Assembly (NCBI GenBank): GCA_001602415.1
Contig: CP012155.1
Coordinates: 2,676,402 to 2,740,401 of the forward strand
Source: Bacteroidetes bacterium UKL13-3
GTDB taxonomy: Bacteria > Bacteroidota > Bacteroidia > UKL13-3
Length of the DNA stretch: 64,000 nt
Direction: 5' to 3'
This document shows, piece by piece, positions 20,021 through 31,255 of this stretch. The position numbers and the translations under genes were made by a program. Each line of letters opens with the position of its first letter. Position 1 is the stretch's first letter. The notes beneath the pieces are model-generated. The model made no database searches and was not told the origin of the DNA. It saw nothing but the letters and a program-made list of their open reading frames with translations.

Positions 20021-20653
20021 ATGGAACATATACCCGATTATTTATTTGACCTATTGAACCAAAAGGATTTTGATGAACTCACCTCTGAAGAGCATTCAAT
20101 AGTGTTATCTATAATGGATAAAGATACTTACAGCTCCATGCGTGCAGCATCTCATGCAGCTCGGCAATTTTTAGAGGATGAATATCCTGTTTTTATCCCC
20201 TCAAACCAGCTTGACCAAATTCTGAAAGCAGTTGAACGCAAAAAGATGGATGAGCCAACCATTGTATGGAACAGACCAATTGCTTTGTGGAAAGCTGCTG
20301 CCCTGTTTTTGTTATTAGGAGGCGGATGGTTGGTATTCGTGTTAACCAATAAAAATACTGTTATTCAAACATCTTACATTACTAAACTCGACACGGTATT
20401 TGTAGAAAAAGAAATACCCGGAGAAAAAATACATGATACCGTTTATATTGAATACGAGAGGAAGCAAAAGCGAAATTTAGAGCATCTACCAATTGATAAT
20501 TCATCTTTACCCAAACAGGAAATAAATATACCAACGATGAACGATATAAATATTATTGGTATTAAAGAAAAAGATAAGCCAGTTAACAACGCAAAAGGGA
20601 ATAGCATTAAAGATGATTCATTAATCAATGCGTTTCAATTTGTAACTTTATAA
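20021..20653 (+). CDS. Putative single-pass membrane anti-sigma factor
   Basis: Follows the ECF sigma; one TM helix (LWKAAALFLLLGGGWLVFV). Confidence 0.65.
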   Translation: MEHIPDYLFDLLNQKDFDELTSEEHSIVLSIMDKDTYSSMRAASHAARQFLEDEYPVFIPSNQLDQILKAVERKKMDEPTIVWNRPIALWKAAALFLLLGGGWLVFVLTNKNTVIQTSYITKLDTVFVEKEIPGEKIHDTVYIEYERKQKRNLEHLPIDNSSLPKQEINIPTMNDINIIGIKEKDKPVNNAKGNSIKDDSLINAFQFVTL

Positions 20654-20677
20654 AAAAAGCGGTCCGAAGACCGCTTT
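20652..20677. terminator. Bidirectional terminator
   Basis: AAAGCGGTC-CGAA-GACCGCTTT between convergent genes. Confidence 0.8.
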
Positions 20678-20705
20678 ACTGAGTTATTTGTTATGGTTAC
20701 AATAA

Positions 20706-22973
20706 TTATTTCCCAACACTTGCTCTGATGATATTCAGTGCTCCACCGGCTTTGAACCACTCTATTTGTTGTTCGTTGTAGGTATGGTTTACACTTATTT
20801 CTTCTTTGCTTCCATCTGCATGGTGCAATACCAATGTTAAGGGTTGGTTTGGAGCGAAAGAAGTTAATCCAAGAATATCAATTGTATCGTTCTCCTGAAT
20901 TTTTTCATAATCATTTTTATCGTTAAACGTTAAGGCCAACATTCCTTGTTTTTTCAAGTTGGTTTCATGAATACGGGCAAACGATTTTACCAATACCGCA
21001 CGAACACCTAAGTGACGAGGCTCCATGGCTGCATGCTCGCGTGATGAACCTTCTCCGTAGTTTTCATCACCCACAACAATACTTCCAATACCTTGAGCTT
21101 TGTAAACACGTTGTACTTTAGGAACGGATTGATACTCGCCTGTTAACTGATTTTTTACGTTATCGGTTTTTTCGTTAAAGAAATTCACCGCGCCAATCAA
21201 CATATTGTTTGAGATATTATCCAAATGTCCACGATACTTTAACCATGGACCAGCCATTGATATATGATCGGTAGTACATTTTCCTTTGGCTTTAATCAAT
21301 AGTTTTAATCCACTCAAATCAGAACCTTCCCATGCTGCAAAAGGATTCAATAATTGCAAACGATCAGAAGTTGGCGAAACAGCTACTTGCACCGAACTAC
21401 CATCGGCAGCAGGAGCTATAAATCCTGCATCTTCCACTGCAAATCCTTTAGTTGGCAATTCATCACCGGCAGGTGGATCTAATTTAACGGCCTCCCCCTT
21501 GTTATTAACCAAGGTATCCGTAATTGGGTTAAACGATAAATCGCCCGCAATAGCAATTGCTGCTACCATTTCAGGTGAGGCAACAAAAGCATACGTATTC
21601 GGATTGCCATCGGCACGTTTGGCGAAGTTACGGTTGAATGAATGAACGATTGTGTTTTTTTCGGCCTTCTCAGCACCCACGCGATCCCACATTCCGATAC
21701 ACGGTCCGCAAGCATTGGTGAATATGGTAGCATTCAAATCAGTAAAACTTTTAATTAATCCATCACGGTCGGCTGTATAACGCACTTGCTCCGAACCTGG
21801 ATTGATTCCGAATTCTGCTTTCGTAACAAGTCCTTTATCAACTGCTTGTTTAGCAATAGATGCCGCACGACTCAAATCTTCATAAGAAGAGTTGGTACAC
21901 GAACCAATTAATCCCCATTCTACTTTAGTTGGCCAATTATTTTTAGCTGCTTCCTCTTTCATTTTCGAAACAGGTGTAGCCAAATCAGGAGTAAATGGTC
22001 CATTTAAGTATGGCTCCATTTCGCTCAAGTTAATTTCAATGATTTGATCAAAGTATGCTTCAGGGTTTGCATATACTTCAGGATCTCCTGTTAAGTGATG
22101 TTTGATAGCATTTGCAGCATCAGCCACATCAGCACGACCTGTTGCACGCAAGTAACGCTCCATGCTTTCATCGTATCCAAATGTAGAAGTAGTGGCACCA
22201 ATTTCGGCACCCATATTACAAATCGTTCCTTTTCCGGTACAACTCATAGACGTTGCGCCATCCCCAAAATATTCAACAATAGCTCCAGTTCCACCTTTTA
22301 CAGTGAGAATACCGGCAACTTTTAAAATAACATCTTTAGGAGAAACCCAACCGTTTAATTTACCAGTTAATTTCACACCAATCAATTTCGGGAATTTAAG
22401 TTCCCATGGCAAACCGGCCATCACATCACAAGCATCTGCTCCACCCACACCAATCGCGACCATTCCTAATCCGCCAGCGTTTACTGTATGTGAATCGGTT
22501 CCAATCATCATTCCACCTGGGAAAGCATAATTTTCTAATACAACCTGATGAATAATCCCGGCACCCGGTTTCCAAAATCCGATACCGTATTTATTGGATA
22601 CAGATGCAAGAAAATCATACACTTCTTTACTTTCTGTATTGGCTACTTGCAAATCATTTTTAGCACCAACTTTTGCAGTAATCAAGTGATCACAATGAAC
22701 GGTGGATGGCACAGCTACTTTAGGACGGCCTGCCTGCATAAATTGCAACAAGGCCATTTGAGCGGTTGCATCTTGCATAGCAACTCTATCCGGACCAAAA
22801 TCTACATAATCTTTTCCTCTTGAATAAGCTTTTGTTGCAGCACCTTCGGTTAAGTGACTATACAATATTTTTTCGGTAAGGGTGAGAGGTTTGTTGGTTA
22901 CTTTTCTGGCTGCATCAATACGCTCTTCCATTCGGGCGTAAACAGCTTTGATCATGTCTAAATCAAATGTCAT
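20706..22973 (-). CDS. acnA: Aconitate hydratase (mitochondrial-type)
   Basis: [43 protein letters not shown]. Confidence 0.96.
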   Translation of the reverse strand: MTFDLDMIKAVYARMEERIDAARKVTNKPLTLTEKILYSHLTEGAATKAYSRGKDYVDFGPDRVAMQDATAQMALLQFMQAGRPKVAVPSTVHCDHLITAKVGAKNDLQVANTESKEVYDFLASVSNKYGIGFWKPGAGIIHQVVLENYAFPGGMMIGTDSHTVNAGGLGMVAIGVGGADACDVMAGLPWELKFPKLIGVKLTGKLNGWVSPKDVILKVAGILTVKGGTGAIVEYFGDGATSMSCTGKGTICNMGAEIGATTSTFGYDESMERYLRATGRADVADAANAIKHHLTGDPEVYANPEAYFDQIIEINLSEMEPYLNGPFTPDLATPVSKMKEEAAKNNWPTKVEWGLIGSCTNSSYEDLSRAASIAKQAVDKGLVTKAEFGINPGSEQVRYTADRDGLIKSFTDLNATIFTNACGPCIGMWDRVGAEKAEKNTIVHSFNRNFAKRADGNPNTYAFVASPEMVAAIAIAGDLSFNPITDTLVNNKGEAVKLDPPAGDELPTKGFAVEDAGFIAPAADGSSVQVAVSPTSDRLQLLNPFAAWEGSDLSGLKLLIKAKGKCTTDHISMAGPWLKYRGHLDNISNNMLIGAVNFFNEKTDNVKNQLTGEYQSVPKVQRVYKAQGIGSIVVGDENYGEGSSREHAAMEPRHLGVRAVLVKSFARIHETNLKKQGMLALTFNDKNDYEKIQENDTIDILGLTSFAPNQPLTLVLHHADGSKEEISVNHTYNEQQIEWFKAGGALNIIRASVGK

Positions 22974-23125
22974 ATCAGTGTTGTATTAAGTTCGAAATTA
23001 ATCTCGAAATTCGAAACGAATATTGAATTTCGTTTTAAAAGTGGTGCAATATTACGGAAATATTTACTGTGATTAGCAGCCATATTGCCAATTTATGCTA
23101 AAGTTTTTTTTACTTTTAACACATT

Positions 23126-23350
23126 ATGAAACAAGTTTTATTTCTAATTGTGCTATTTATTGGCATTCAAAACATTACACATGCAAGCAGCATCACCGAT
23201 AGTTTGCAAAAACAACTAACGGGTAAAAAAGATACCAATGAAGTAATGCTGCTGAGTGAATTATGCTGGCAGTTTTGTAATAACTCTATCCACTAAGTAT
23301 TAATTTTTGGACAGAAGGCAGCGTTACTGCTGGAGGAATATATACTCGCG
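23126..23350 (+). pseudogene. Remnant of a secreted TPR/sensor-kinase-like gene
   Basis: MKQVLFLIVLFIGIQNITHASSITDSLQKQLTGKKDTNEVMLLSELCWQF, stop at 23294-23296; FGQKAALL continues just past the stop. Confidence 0.55.
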
Positions 23351-23525
23351 CAATGGTCTAATGCGTGCGCAAATTGGAATTGACTCTTCACCCGGAATTG
23401 GCACCACTATTTTTATATATATTCCGTTAATATTAAAAGATGGATCTATACTTGAACCCAAATTTGGTTATATGATATCACAATAGTTATCAATTTCATT
23501 TGAACGAAATGTATAAACACATAGC

Positions 23526-24584
23526 ATGAAACTAAGTTATAAAGCGCGTTATCAAAAAAGCGAATCTCCCAAACCATTTACGGTTGATGTGAGCTTTGCC
23601 AGAGAAGGGATATCAATAACTTATAGAGATATACAAGGCAACTACAACCAGCAATTTTGGCCAAAAGAAGAAATCAAAGAGGTTGTTTCATCCGTAATTA
23701 TTGAACTACAACATGAGAAAGAGCAACTGGAAATAACCGATCAGAAAGCAATTACTGAGTACAAAAATATATTCAAAAATCGGACTCAAAAATACCGTAG
23801 CAGAACATTCACTGCAAAAGGCGCTCTGCTAATTATAGCATCGATTTTTTCATTACTAACCCTGAGTTACATTTACCTTTTACCTTTTGTTGCGGATAAA
23901 ATTGCCCAGCATTTCCCTGTGGATATTGAAGTATCTATGGGAGATAAAATGTATCAATCGATACTAGAAACATCTGAAATTGATTCTCTAAAAACTGAGT
24001 TCATCAATCACTTTTTTGAGCAGCTCCATGTTCAAAGTGAGTACCCTATTCGTATCACGGTTATTAAAGATACCATCGTAAATGCATTTGCTGTTCCAGG
24101 TGGTGGAATAATAGTTTATGATGCTATGTTAACCGATATGAAAAATCCGGAAGCCCTTGCCGCGCTGCTGGCTCATGAATATTCACATGTAGCACTCAAA
24201 CATGCAACCCGAAATGTATTTAGAAGCCTTGCAGGATATTTATTCCTTTCAATAGTATTGAGTGATGTAAACAGTATTGCAGCTATTGTTTTAAATAATT
24301 CCGAAAATCTTCAAACGCTCAAATACTCTAGGACTTTGGAACAAGAAGCCGATGCGAGTGCGTTGCTGATATTAAAAAAGAATAGTATATCGACTAACGG
24401 AATGATTCAACTCTTTGAACAACTCAAAAAAAATGAGACTGTTGCTATCAGCGAAACATTCAGTACCCATCCTGAACTAGATTCGAGAATTGCATTTGTT
24501 TCTACTTTTACTAAAGAAAATTATTACTCGGCCAAACAAAACGACAGCCTCCATTTCTATTTTACTAAACTCAAAAGAGAATAA
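23526..24584 (+). CDS. M48 family metallopeptidase
   Basis: NAFAVPGG, LAHEYSH, EQEAD, STHP. Confidence 0.92.
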   Translation: MKLSYKARYQKSESPKPFTVDVSFAREGISITYRDIQGNYNQQFWPKEEIKEVVSSVIIELQHEKEQLEITDQKAITEYKNIFKNRTQKYRSRTFTAKGALLIIASIFSLLTLSYIYLLPFVADKIAQHFPVDIEVSMGDKMYQSILETSEIDSLKTEFINHFFEQLHVQSEYPIRITVIKDTIVNAFAVPGGGIIVYDAMLTDMKNPEALAALLAHEYSHVALKHATRNVFRSLAGYLFLSIVLSDVNSIAAIVLNNSENLQTLKYSRTLEQEADASALLILKKNSISTNGMIQLFEQLKKNETVAISETFSTHPELDSRIAFVSTFTKENYYSAKQNDSLHFYFTKLKRE

Positions 24585-24586
24585 TC

Positions 24587-24880
24587 ATGTTAGATGAATC
24601 ATTGCTTCCCGATACCATTCAATCCATTCAAAAATATATGGAAATGGAATCCACTCCTACCTATGAAAACGTCCTAGAAGTTCTCACTTCATCGGTAATG
24701 TATCTGCTGCTACACGACATGGAAAAGCTATTGAATATTTTATACCGTATAGATGTAAATGAACCAAAAGTTAAAGCGGCATTTGCACAAAACAACCCTA
24801 AACTTATTGCTCCCACAATTGCTCAACTAATACTGGATAGGGAATTGCAAAAAGCTGAATCGCGGAGGAAATATAAATAA
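24587..24880 (+). CDS. Conserved Bacteroidota hypothetical protein
   Basis: LLNILYRIDVNE...RELQK motif; coupled to the M48 gene. Confidence 0.75.
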   Translation: MLDESLLPDTIQSIQKYMEMESTPTYENVLEVLTSSVMYLLLHDMEKLLNILYRIDVNEPKVKAAFAQNNPKLIAPTIAQLILDRELQKAESRRKYK

Positions 24881-24949
24881 GTGTACTTTTACGCACTTGT
24901 GGATTCTAACCAACTCATTGACAGCGAAGCCATGTAATAGCAATAAAAA

Positions 24950-24994
24950 TTGACAGAGATCAGTTTCCTGCTGCGCTGCAATAACCTACCTTTG
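24950..24994 (+). promoter_or_regulatory. FNR-like box TTGAC-N4-ATCAG plus -7 box TACCTTTG
   Basis: Box at 24950-24963 and TACCTTTG at 24987-24994, upstream of a desaturase. Confidence 0.45.
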
Positions 24995-25020
24995 CGATCT
25001 AAATTCTGCAATTTCAACAC

Positions 25021-25764
25021 ATGGCTATTTTTATATTTTTTGTTCTTCATTGGTATTTATCTCTTTTCGGACAAACGTTTTTCCTTCACCGCTATTCAGC
25101 TCATAAAATGTTTACTTTAACCAAAGGTTGGGAAAAGTTTTGGTATATTTTTTCATGGGTTACACAAGGTTCATCATACTTGAATGCAAGGGCTTATGCA
25201 ATTTTACACCGTATGCACCATGCATACAGCGATACTGAAAAAGATCCGCATTCACCAGTATTTTTTAAAGAAGTATTTACCATGATGATGTATACCCGCA
25301 AAGTATACAATGGTGTATTACATGGAACGATGGAGGTAGAAGAGAAATTTGACCGCAACTTTCCAGTATATCCCAAAATTGACCGCATTGCCGATGCCTG
25401 GTATACGCGTATTGCATTTGGTCTAGGTTATGTTACCTTTTATATTGTTTTTGCTACCCAGTGGTGGATGTACTTATTGCTGCCTGTACATTTTTTAATG
25501 GGACCTGTGCATGGAGCAATTGTTAATTGGGCAGGACATAAATATGGGTACACCAACTACAACGAAGGTGATCATTCCAAAAATACTTTGATATTCGACT
25601 TTTTGATGTTGGGCGAATTGTTCCAAAACAATCATCATCATGCAGGTTCCAAACCAAACTTTGCTGCTAAATGGTGGGAGTTTGATCCGGTTTATCCGAT
25701 AATGCGCTTGTTCCACAAAATTGGGATAATCAAATTGCAACCTTCTGTTGTAAACAATAAATAG
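25021..25764 (+). CDS. Acyl-CoA (delta-9-like) fatty acid desaturase
   Basis: His boxes HRYSAH, HRMHH, QNNHH. Confidence 0.92.
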   Translation: MAIFIFFVLHWYLSLFGQTFFLHRYSAHKMFTLTKGWEKFWYIFSWVTQGSSYLNARAYAILHRMHHAYSDTEKDPHSPVFFKEVFTMMMYTRKVYNGVLHGTMEVEEKFDRNFPVYPKIDRIADAWYTRIAFGLGYVTFYIVFATQWWMYLLLPVHFLMGPVHGAIVNWAGHKYGYTNYNEGDHSKNTLIFDFLMLGELFQNNHHHAGSKPNFAAKWWEFDPVYPIMRLFHKIGIIKLQPSVVNNK

Positions 25765-25803
25765 AATCGTCCATATCATTTTGGTTCATTACTTTTGCCA
25801 CCA

Positions 25804-27192
25804 ATGAACCATTACCTCAAAACCGATTTGGATGATACCATTTGTGCCCTTGCAACTGCAGGAGGTATAGGTGCTATAGGTGTTATACGTATTAGTGGAA
25901 GCAATACACTTCCACTTGTAAACAGCCTTTTTAAAGGAAAAAACCTTGAACAAGCTGATTCACACACGTTGCATTTTGGGAAAATAATACAAGATGATAT
26001 TATTCTTGACGAGGTGTTGGCTTCGGTTTTTAAAAATCCAAAATCCTATACCGGAGAAGATACTATTGAGTTAAGCTGTCATGGTTCTCCATATATTCTT
26101 CAAAAAATACTGGAGCTGTTAGTACAAAAAGGTGCTCGTTTAGCCAAACCAGGGGAATTTACCTTGCGTGCCTTTCTCAATAAAAAGTTAGACCTTTCAC
26201 AAGCCGAAGCTGTTGCTGATTTAATTGCTGCAGATAGTGCCGCATCTCATCAAACCGCTATGCAACAGATGCGTGGCGGGTACTCACAACAAATACAAAA
26301 CCTTCGCGAAAAGCTTATCAACTTTGCCTCACTTATTGAGTTGGAACTAGATTTTGCAGAGGAAGATGTAGAATTTGCAAGCAAAAGCGAACTCTTTCAA
26401 CTTGTGCAAAACATACACTCATTATTGCAATCGTTATTGCAATCCTTTCAATATGGAAATGTATTGAAAAATGGTGTGCCAACAGTGATTGCCGGACGAC
26501 CCAACGCAGGAAAATCGACCTTGCTTAACGCTCTATTAAAAGAAGAAAGAGCCATTGTAAGCAATATTGCCGGAACCACACGCGACACCATAGAAGAATC
26601 GTTTGTGGTAGATGGCGTAACCTTTCGATTGATTGATACAGCAGGTATTCGCCACTCCAATGATACCATTGAAAGTATTGGAATTGAACGAACTTTCGAG
26701 GCCATGCAAAAAGCCTCACTCATCTTGTATATTTTTGATGCCAGCCAAACAACTCCTGAGGAATTACAAGTAGAGCTATCACAAATTCCAGCTGGTAACC
26801 ACCTTATCATTCCTATAGGAAATAAAGTAGATCTTCTAACCAAATCTGTTAACCAACTAACCCAACTACCTGCCAACTCCCCTGAAATTACTTACCTATC
26901 CTCACTCAACAAACATGGCATCGATGAGTTGATAGAACGACTAAAAAACTTCATCCGAACAAACAAAAGAGGAAACGATATAGTGGTAAGTAACTTGCGT
27001 CATTTCGAAGCACTGCAACAAGCTTCTAATGCGTTGGAGCAAGTGTTGCAAGCCATCAATTTGCAAATGAGCGGAGAGTTGTTGTCCTTAGATATTCGCA
27101 AAGCCATTTTTCATTTAGGAGAAATCACAGGAGAAATCACAACAGAAGATTTATTGGGTAATATTTTTAGTAAGTTTTGTATCGGAAAGTAA
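25804..27192 (+). CDS. mnmE: tRNA modification GTPase MnmE
   Basis: GRPNAGKS, GTTRD, DTAG, C-terminal FCIGK. Confidence 0.97.
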   Translation: MNHYLKTDLDDTICALATAGGIGAIGVIRISGSNTLPLVNSLFKGKNLEQADSHTLHFGKIIQDDIILDEVLASVFKNPKSYTGEDTIELSCHGSPYILQKILELLVQKGARLAKPGEFTLRAFLNKKLDLSQAEAVADLIAADSAASHQTAMQQMRGGYSQQIQNLREKLINFASLIELELDFAEEDVEFASKSELFQLVQNIHSLLQSLLQSFQYGNVLKNGVPTVIAGRPNAGKSTLLNALLKEERAIVSNIAGTTRDTIEESFVVDGVTFRLIDTAGIRHSNDTIESIGIERTFEAMQKASLILYIFDASQTTPEELQVELSQIPAGNHLIIPIGNKVDLLTKSVNQLTQLPANSPEITYLSSLNKHGIDELIERLKNFIRTNKRGNDIVVSNLRHFEALQQASNALEQVLQAINLQMSGELLSLDIRKAIFHLGEITGEITTEDLLGNIFSKFCIGK

Positions 27193-27400
27193 TTTGAGTA
27201 TTTATTGCATCTAAACACGCTAAAAACATCTTTAAATGGCCCTTAAAAACCCATCAACCAAACTCATATTAATCAATTAAACAGAAAATTACAACAAAAA
27301 CGTCCTGTTTATTAACAAAATATAAACAACAAATTGCTTTTTTACCTATTTTTGATAATTGTTCCAAAGCGGTGCAATACCAATACCATTAAATATACAT

Positions 27401-27772
27401 ATGAGAGACGCAGGAATGTACACGCAACTTTGGAAGAAATACCTCCCGGTAATACGCTTGTTGCTTAAGAAAACATCAGATGGAGACCAAAAACTCCAAT
27501 TATACAAACACGAATTTGAAGCTACTGGTGCTCGAAACAAACTAGGATATATCTTTTCACTCGAAATGATGAATGGTAAACCGGTAAATAAAAGTAACAA
27601 AACTGCCGTATCTCATGACTTATGTGTGTTAATCTCTGAAAATGAAACCATCGCTTCGTGGATGAGAGAACAACATATTAAAATTAGCGTAAACCGCGCT
27701 TGTGAAATGTCTTTCTCCGTTATTGCAAAACAAGAAGTGGCCGAACCTTTGGCTGAAGTTGCTGAAGCGTAA
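27401..27772 (+). CDS. Conserved Bacteroidota hypothetical protein
   Basis: MYTQLWKKYLPVIRLLLKK family; followed by a terminator; start may be 27416. Confidence 0.7.
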   Translation: MRDAGMYTQLWKKYLPVIRLLLKKTSDGDQKLQLYKHEFEATGARNKLGYIFSLEMMNGKPVNKSNKTAVSHDLCVLISENETIASWMREQHIKISVNRACEMSFSVIAKQEVAEPLAEVAEA

Positions 27773-27796
27773 AAACTAACTATTATATTCTAGTTC

Positions 27797-27835
27797 AAAA
27801 GGTTGATAGCATTTCACATTGTTATCAACCTTTTT
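27797..27835 (+). terminator. Intrinsic terminator
   Basis: AAAAGGTTGATA...TATCAACCTTTTT. Confidence 0.8.
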
Positions 27836-28772
27836 ATGCTTTTAAAAACTTTACATACGCTTAAAATTACTATAACATTCATTTTGTGATTCATTTTTAT
27901 GTTAAAACCTCTGTCAGGAGCCATTACACTTAGTTATTCTGTTAATTATTTAGGAATAGACTACTACAATGTGGCTTTTTCAGGCGCTTAGTGAAAAAGA
28001 CAATCATCAACAATTCTCTCCTTTTTATCATTGTTAATTTTCTTATGTTGATGGCTAAACAGAGCGAGATGTATATTATTTCATTTGAAAGGAAGTATTT
28101 TAAATACAAGTGTTGCTATAGTTTTGTTAGCAAGGAATTTACATCATTTTACTGTCCAGTGCGTTTTGCTAAATAACAACTAAAATTACTCAAAAGTACA
28201 GGCTAAACCGATGATCAGAAAAAGTTAAAAAGTAAGGGAAACATATTCAAGAACTCCAACCATAAGAGGGCTAGTCTTATGATTGGATCTTGATTCCAAA
28301 GGGTACAGCTTGAAATGCTGCAATTTTTTCACTCAAAACAATGGGCCCATAGGTTAACATGCTAAGCAATAGATTTTTGAGTAGAGGTCTATTTGGGCTG
28401 AGGCTTAGTTTTATTTCGTGACTTATTAATCATATCAACTATCTTGTTTATTTCTACTTCATTATCAAAATCTAAAAGCACTGCATCTAAAAAGCTAGTT
28501 GTAAGAATTTGATTTTTTATTGCTTGATAGCTGAAGGTGAAGCCATAATTAAAAATTGCTATTGTAAAAATAGTTTGGGAGCTATTTAACATGATAGAGG
28601 GAAAACCCCCAAAAGACCAGATTTAGTATATAATATGCTGATTTTCATTGCCATAATTTTTATTTTTACATTATTGAATGCTTATTTCAATTTATATAAA
28701 CATAGTTTAAATAAAAATTAGGAGCGGAAATTAAAATCTATAAATACTTTTGTTCAAGATGTATTTGAATAA

Positions 28773-29447
28773 ATGCTAAACACACAACTGTCCATTATTA
28801 AAGTAGGAATTGCCGATGATCAATCGATCTTCAGAAATGGGGTAATTTCCTCTCTCCGACCCTATTCTAATATTAAAATAATATGCGAAGCCACAAGCGG
28901 CAAAACCTTGCTTGAGCAATTAGCTCAAACCTCAATAGATGTATTGCTATTGGATATGAAAATGGAAGATATGGACGGGATAGAAATTTGTAAAACCATC
29001 AAAAAGTTATATCCAAAAATTAGAGTTATCGGACTTTCTGTTTACGACCATTACTATTACATATCGAGTATGTTTGAAGCAGGCGCAAGCAGTTATTTAC
29101 TTAAAGATATTGATATTGGCGAGATGGTAACTGCTATCCAATCGGTTTACAAAGATGGATCATACATGACAGAAAAAGCATCTATTCCGCTCATCAAAAA
29201 ACTTATTGATATCAAACATCCATCTGTTTATTATCATGTTGAACACATTACCCCTTTTAAAGATTATGAGTTAGATATTTTAAAACTCATTGCAAAGGAA
29301 TATACCACTCAGGAAATTGCTAATTCAATGGATCTGAGCCGAAAAACAATTGAAAACTATCGGGGAATAATGCTTGCTAAAGTTGGTGCAAAAAATACAG
29401 CGGGTTTAATTACCTATGCAATTAAAAAGGGCCTTATTGATTTATAA
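28773..29447 (+). CDS. NarL/LuxR family response regulator
   Basis: REC domain (ADDQ, LLDMKM, YLLK) plus LuxR HTH. Confidence 0.93.
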   Translation: MLNTQLSIIKVGIADDQSIFRNGVISSLRPYSNIKIICEATSGKTLLEQLAQTSIDVLLLDMKMEDMDGIEICKTIKKLYPKIRVIGLSVYDHYYYISSMFEAGASSYLLKDIDIGEMVTAIQSVYKDGSYMTEKASIPLIKKLIDIKHPSVYYHVEHITPFKDYELDILKLIAKEYTTQEIANSMDLSRKTIENYRGIMLAKVGAKNTAGLITYAIKKGLIDL

Positions 29448-29455
29448 AAATCTGA

Positions 29456-30853
29456 TTACATATGTAACGCTCGGTTGGCTGTTGCAACTAATGCCGCTTC
29501 TTTTACAGCCTCGGCATAGGTAGGATGTGCGTGGCTCATACGCGAAATATCTTCGGCACTTGCGCGGAATTCCATGGCGGTAACTGCTTCAGCAATTAAA
29601 TCGGCAACACGCGGACCAATCATGTGAACACCTAATACTTCATCCGTTTCGGCATCTGCCAAAACTTTAACAAAGCCATCAATATCCCCACTGGCTCTTG
29701 CTCTACCCAAAGCACGCATTGGGAATGAGCCAACTTTATATTTGCTTCCCGCCTTTTTCAATTCCTCTTCTGTTGCTCCTACTCCGGCAACTTCAGGCCA
29801 TGTATACACAACACCAGGAATCAAATTGTAGTTGATATGTGGTTTTTGACCAGCCATTATCTCGGCTACAAACACACCCTCTTCTTCGGCCTTATGAGCA
29901 AGCATAGCTCCTTTTACTACGTCACCCACTGCGTATACTCCTTTTACAGCTGTTTCTAAATGAGCATCTGTTTCTACACGTCCACGCTCATCGGTTTTTA
30001 ATCCAATATTTTCCAATCCTAAACCATCGGTAAAGGCTCTTCTTCCAACTGACACCAAACAATAATCACCTGTAAAAGTAACCTCTTCCCCTTTTTCATT
30101 ATCAGCCACCACGGTTACTTCTTTACCTTTTGTTTTAGCACTTTTCACCTTATGGTTAAAGTGAAAGTCAAATCCTTGCTTGCGCAATACACGTTGCAAC
30201 TCCTTACCCAAAGCGCCATCCATTGTTGGTATAATGCTTGATGTATATTCGATAACCGAAACTTTAGCACCTAAGCGAGCATACACTGACCCCAATTCCA
30301 AACCAATTACACCGCCACCAATTATAATCATCTGTTTGGGAACCTCAGTCATGTTAAGTGCTTCAGTTGAGGTAATCACACGTTTTTTGTCAATTTCAAT
30401 ACCTGGTAATGATGCAGGTTTAGAGCCCGTAGCAATAATTACTTTATCTGTTTCTATCTCCAACGTTTGCTCTCCAGTAACCTTAATTTTATTTTTATTT
30501 ACAAATGAACCTATGCCTTTATAAACGTCTACTTTGTTTTTCTTCATCAGAAAACCAATGCCATCACATGTTTGTTTAACAACACCGTTCTTTCGCTCCA
30601 CCATTTGTTTAAGATTAACTTCGATGTTACCTTTTATATCAATACCATGTGTGGTAAACGTATGCACTGCATTATGATAGTGTTCAGAAGAATCGAGCAT
30701 CGCTTTAGATGGAATACATCCAACATTTAAGCACGTACCGCCTAAGGTTGAATATTTTTCAATCAAAGCTGTTTTCATTCCTAGTTGCGCACAACGAATT
30801 GCTGCCACATATCCACCCGGGCCCGATCCAATAATAGTTACATCGTATTTCAT
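29456..30853 (-). CDS. lpdA: Dihydrolipoyl dehydrogenase
   Basis: GSGPGG, GGTCLNVGCIPSK, HAHPTYAE. Confidence 0.97.
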   Translation of the reverse strand: MKYDVTIIGSGPGGYVAAIRCAQLGMKTALIEKYSTLGGTCLNVGCIPSKAMLDSSEHYHNAVHTFTTHGIDIKGNIEVNLKQMVERKNGVVKQTCDGIGFLMKKNKVDVYKGIGSFVNKNKIKVTGEQTLEIETDKVIIATGSKPASLPGIEIDKKRVITSTEALNMTEVPKQMIIIGGGVIGLELGSVYARLGAKVSVIEYTSSIIPTMDGALGKELQRVLRKQGFDFHFNHKVKSAKTKGKEVTVVADNEKGEEVTFTGDYCLVSVGRRAFTDGLGLENIGLKTDERGRVETDAHLETAVKGVYAVGDVVKGAMLAHKAEEEGVFVAEIMAGQKPHINYNLIPGVVYTWPEVAGVGATEEELKKAGSKYKVGSFPMRALGRARASGDIDGFVKVLADAETDEVLGVHMIGPRVADLIAEAVTAMEFRASAEDISRMSHAHPTYAEAVKEAALVATANRALHM

Positions 30854-30952
30854 GTTGCTTGTTTTTTTTAGTTTAAAGAGGTGAAAGTCTCCATAAATTT
30901 TTGTGCCGCAAAGTTAGCCGCCAAACTGTTTTAAACAAAAAGTAAGCAATAA

Positions 30953-31240
30953 TTACTTTGAGAAGTCAATTACCTTAAAATGAGGAGTATGTACGTTAAA
31001 ATATCCATATCCATTGGTAATGTTAGTTGGCAAGTTCACTACTTCACCTCTAATTTGGTTTACCAAAGTGTTAAACTTTTTCTGAGCTTTTAAGTACTCA
31101 TAATAACCTTGTGTAATATTTGAAAGAGCAATTGCAAATGTATCCAATTTAGCATTTGTGAAATTTTTGGTGATTTGATAACGACCTCCAACAATATCTG
31201 TTTCACTTAATAAATCGTAATCCAATCGTTGTTCGATCAA
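30953..31240 (-). pseudogene. C-terminal fragment of a DUF4249-like lipoprotein
   Basis: ITQGYYEYLK...NLPTNITNGYGYF C-terminal motif; no signal peptide; begins 15 bp after the miaA stop. Confidence 0.55.
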
Positions 31241-31255
31241 TTTGTGATGAAACTA

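Noticed and set aside
27170-27360. mnmE 3' end as an integration site of a genomic island
   Set aside because: No integrase is present and I could not find a duplicated att core within the window.
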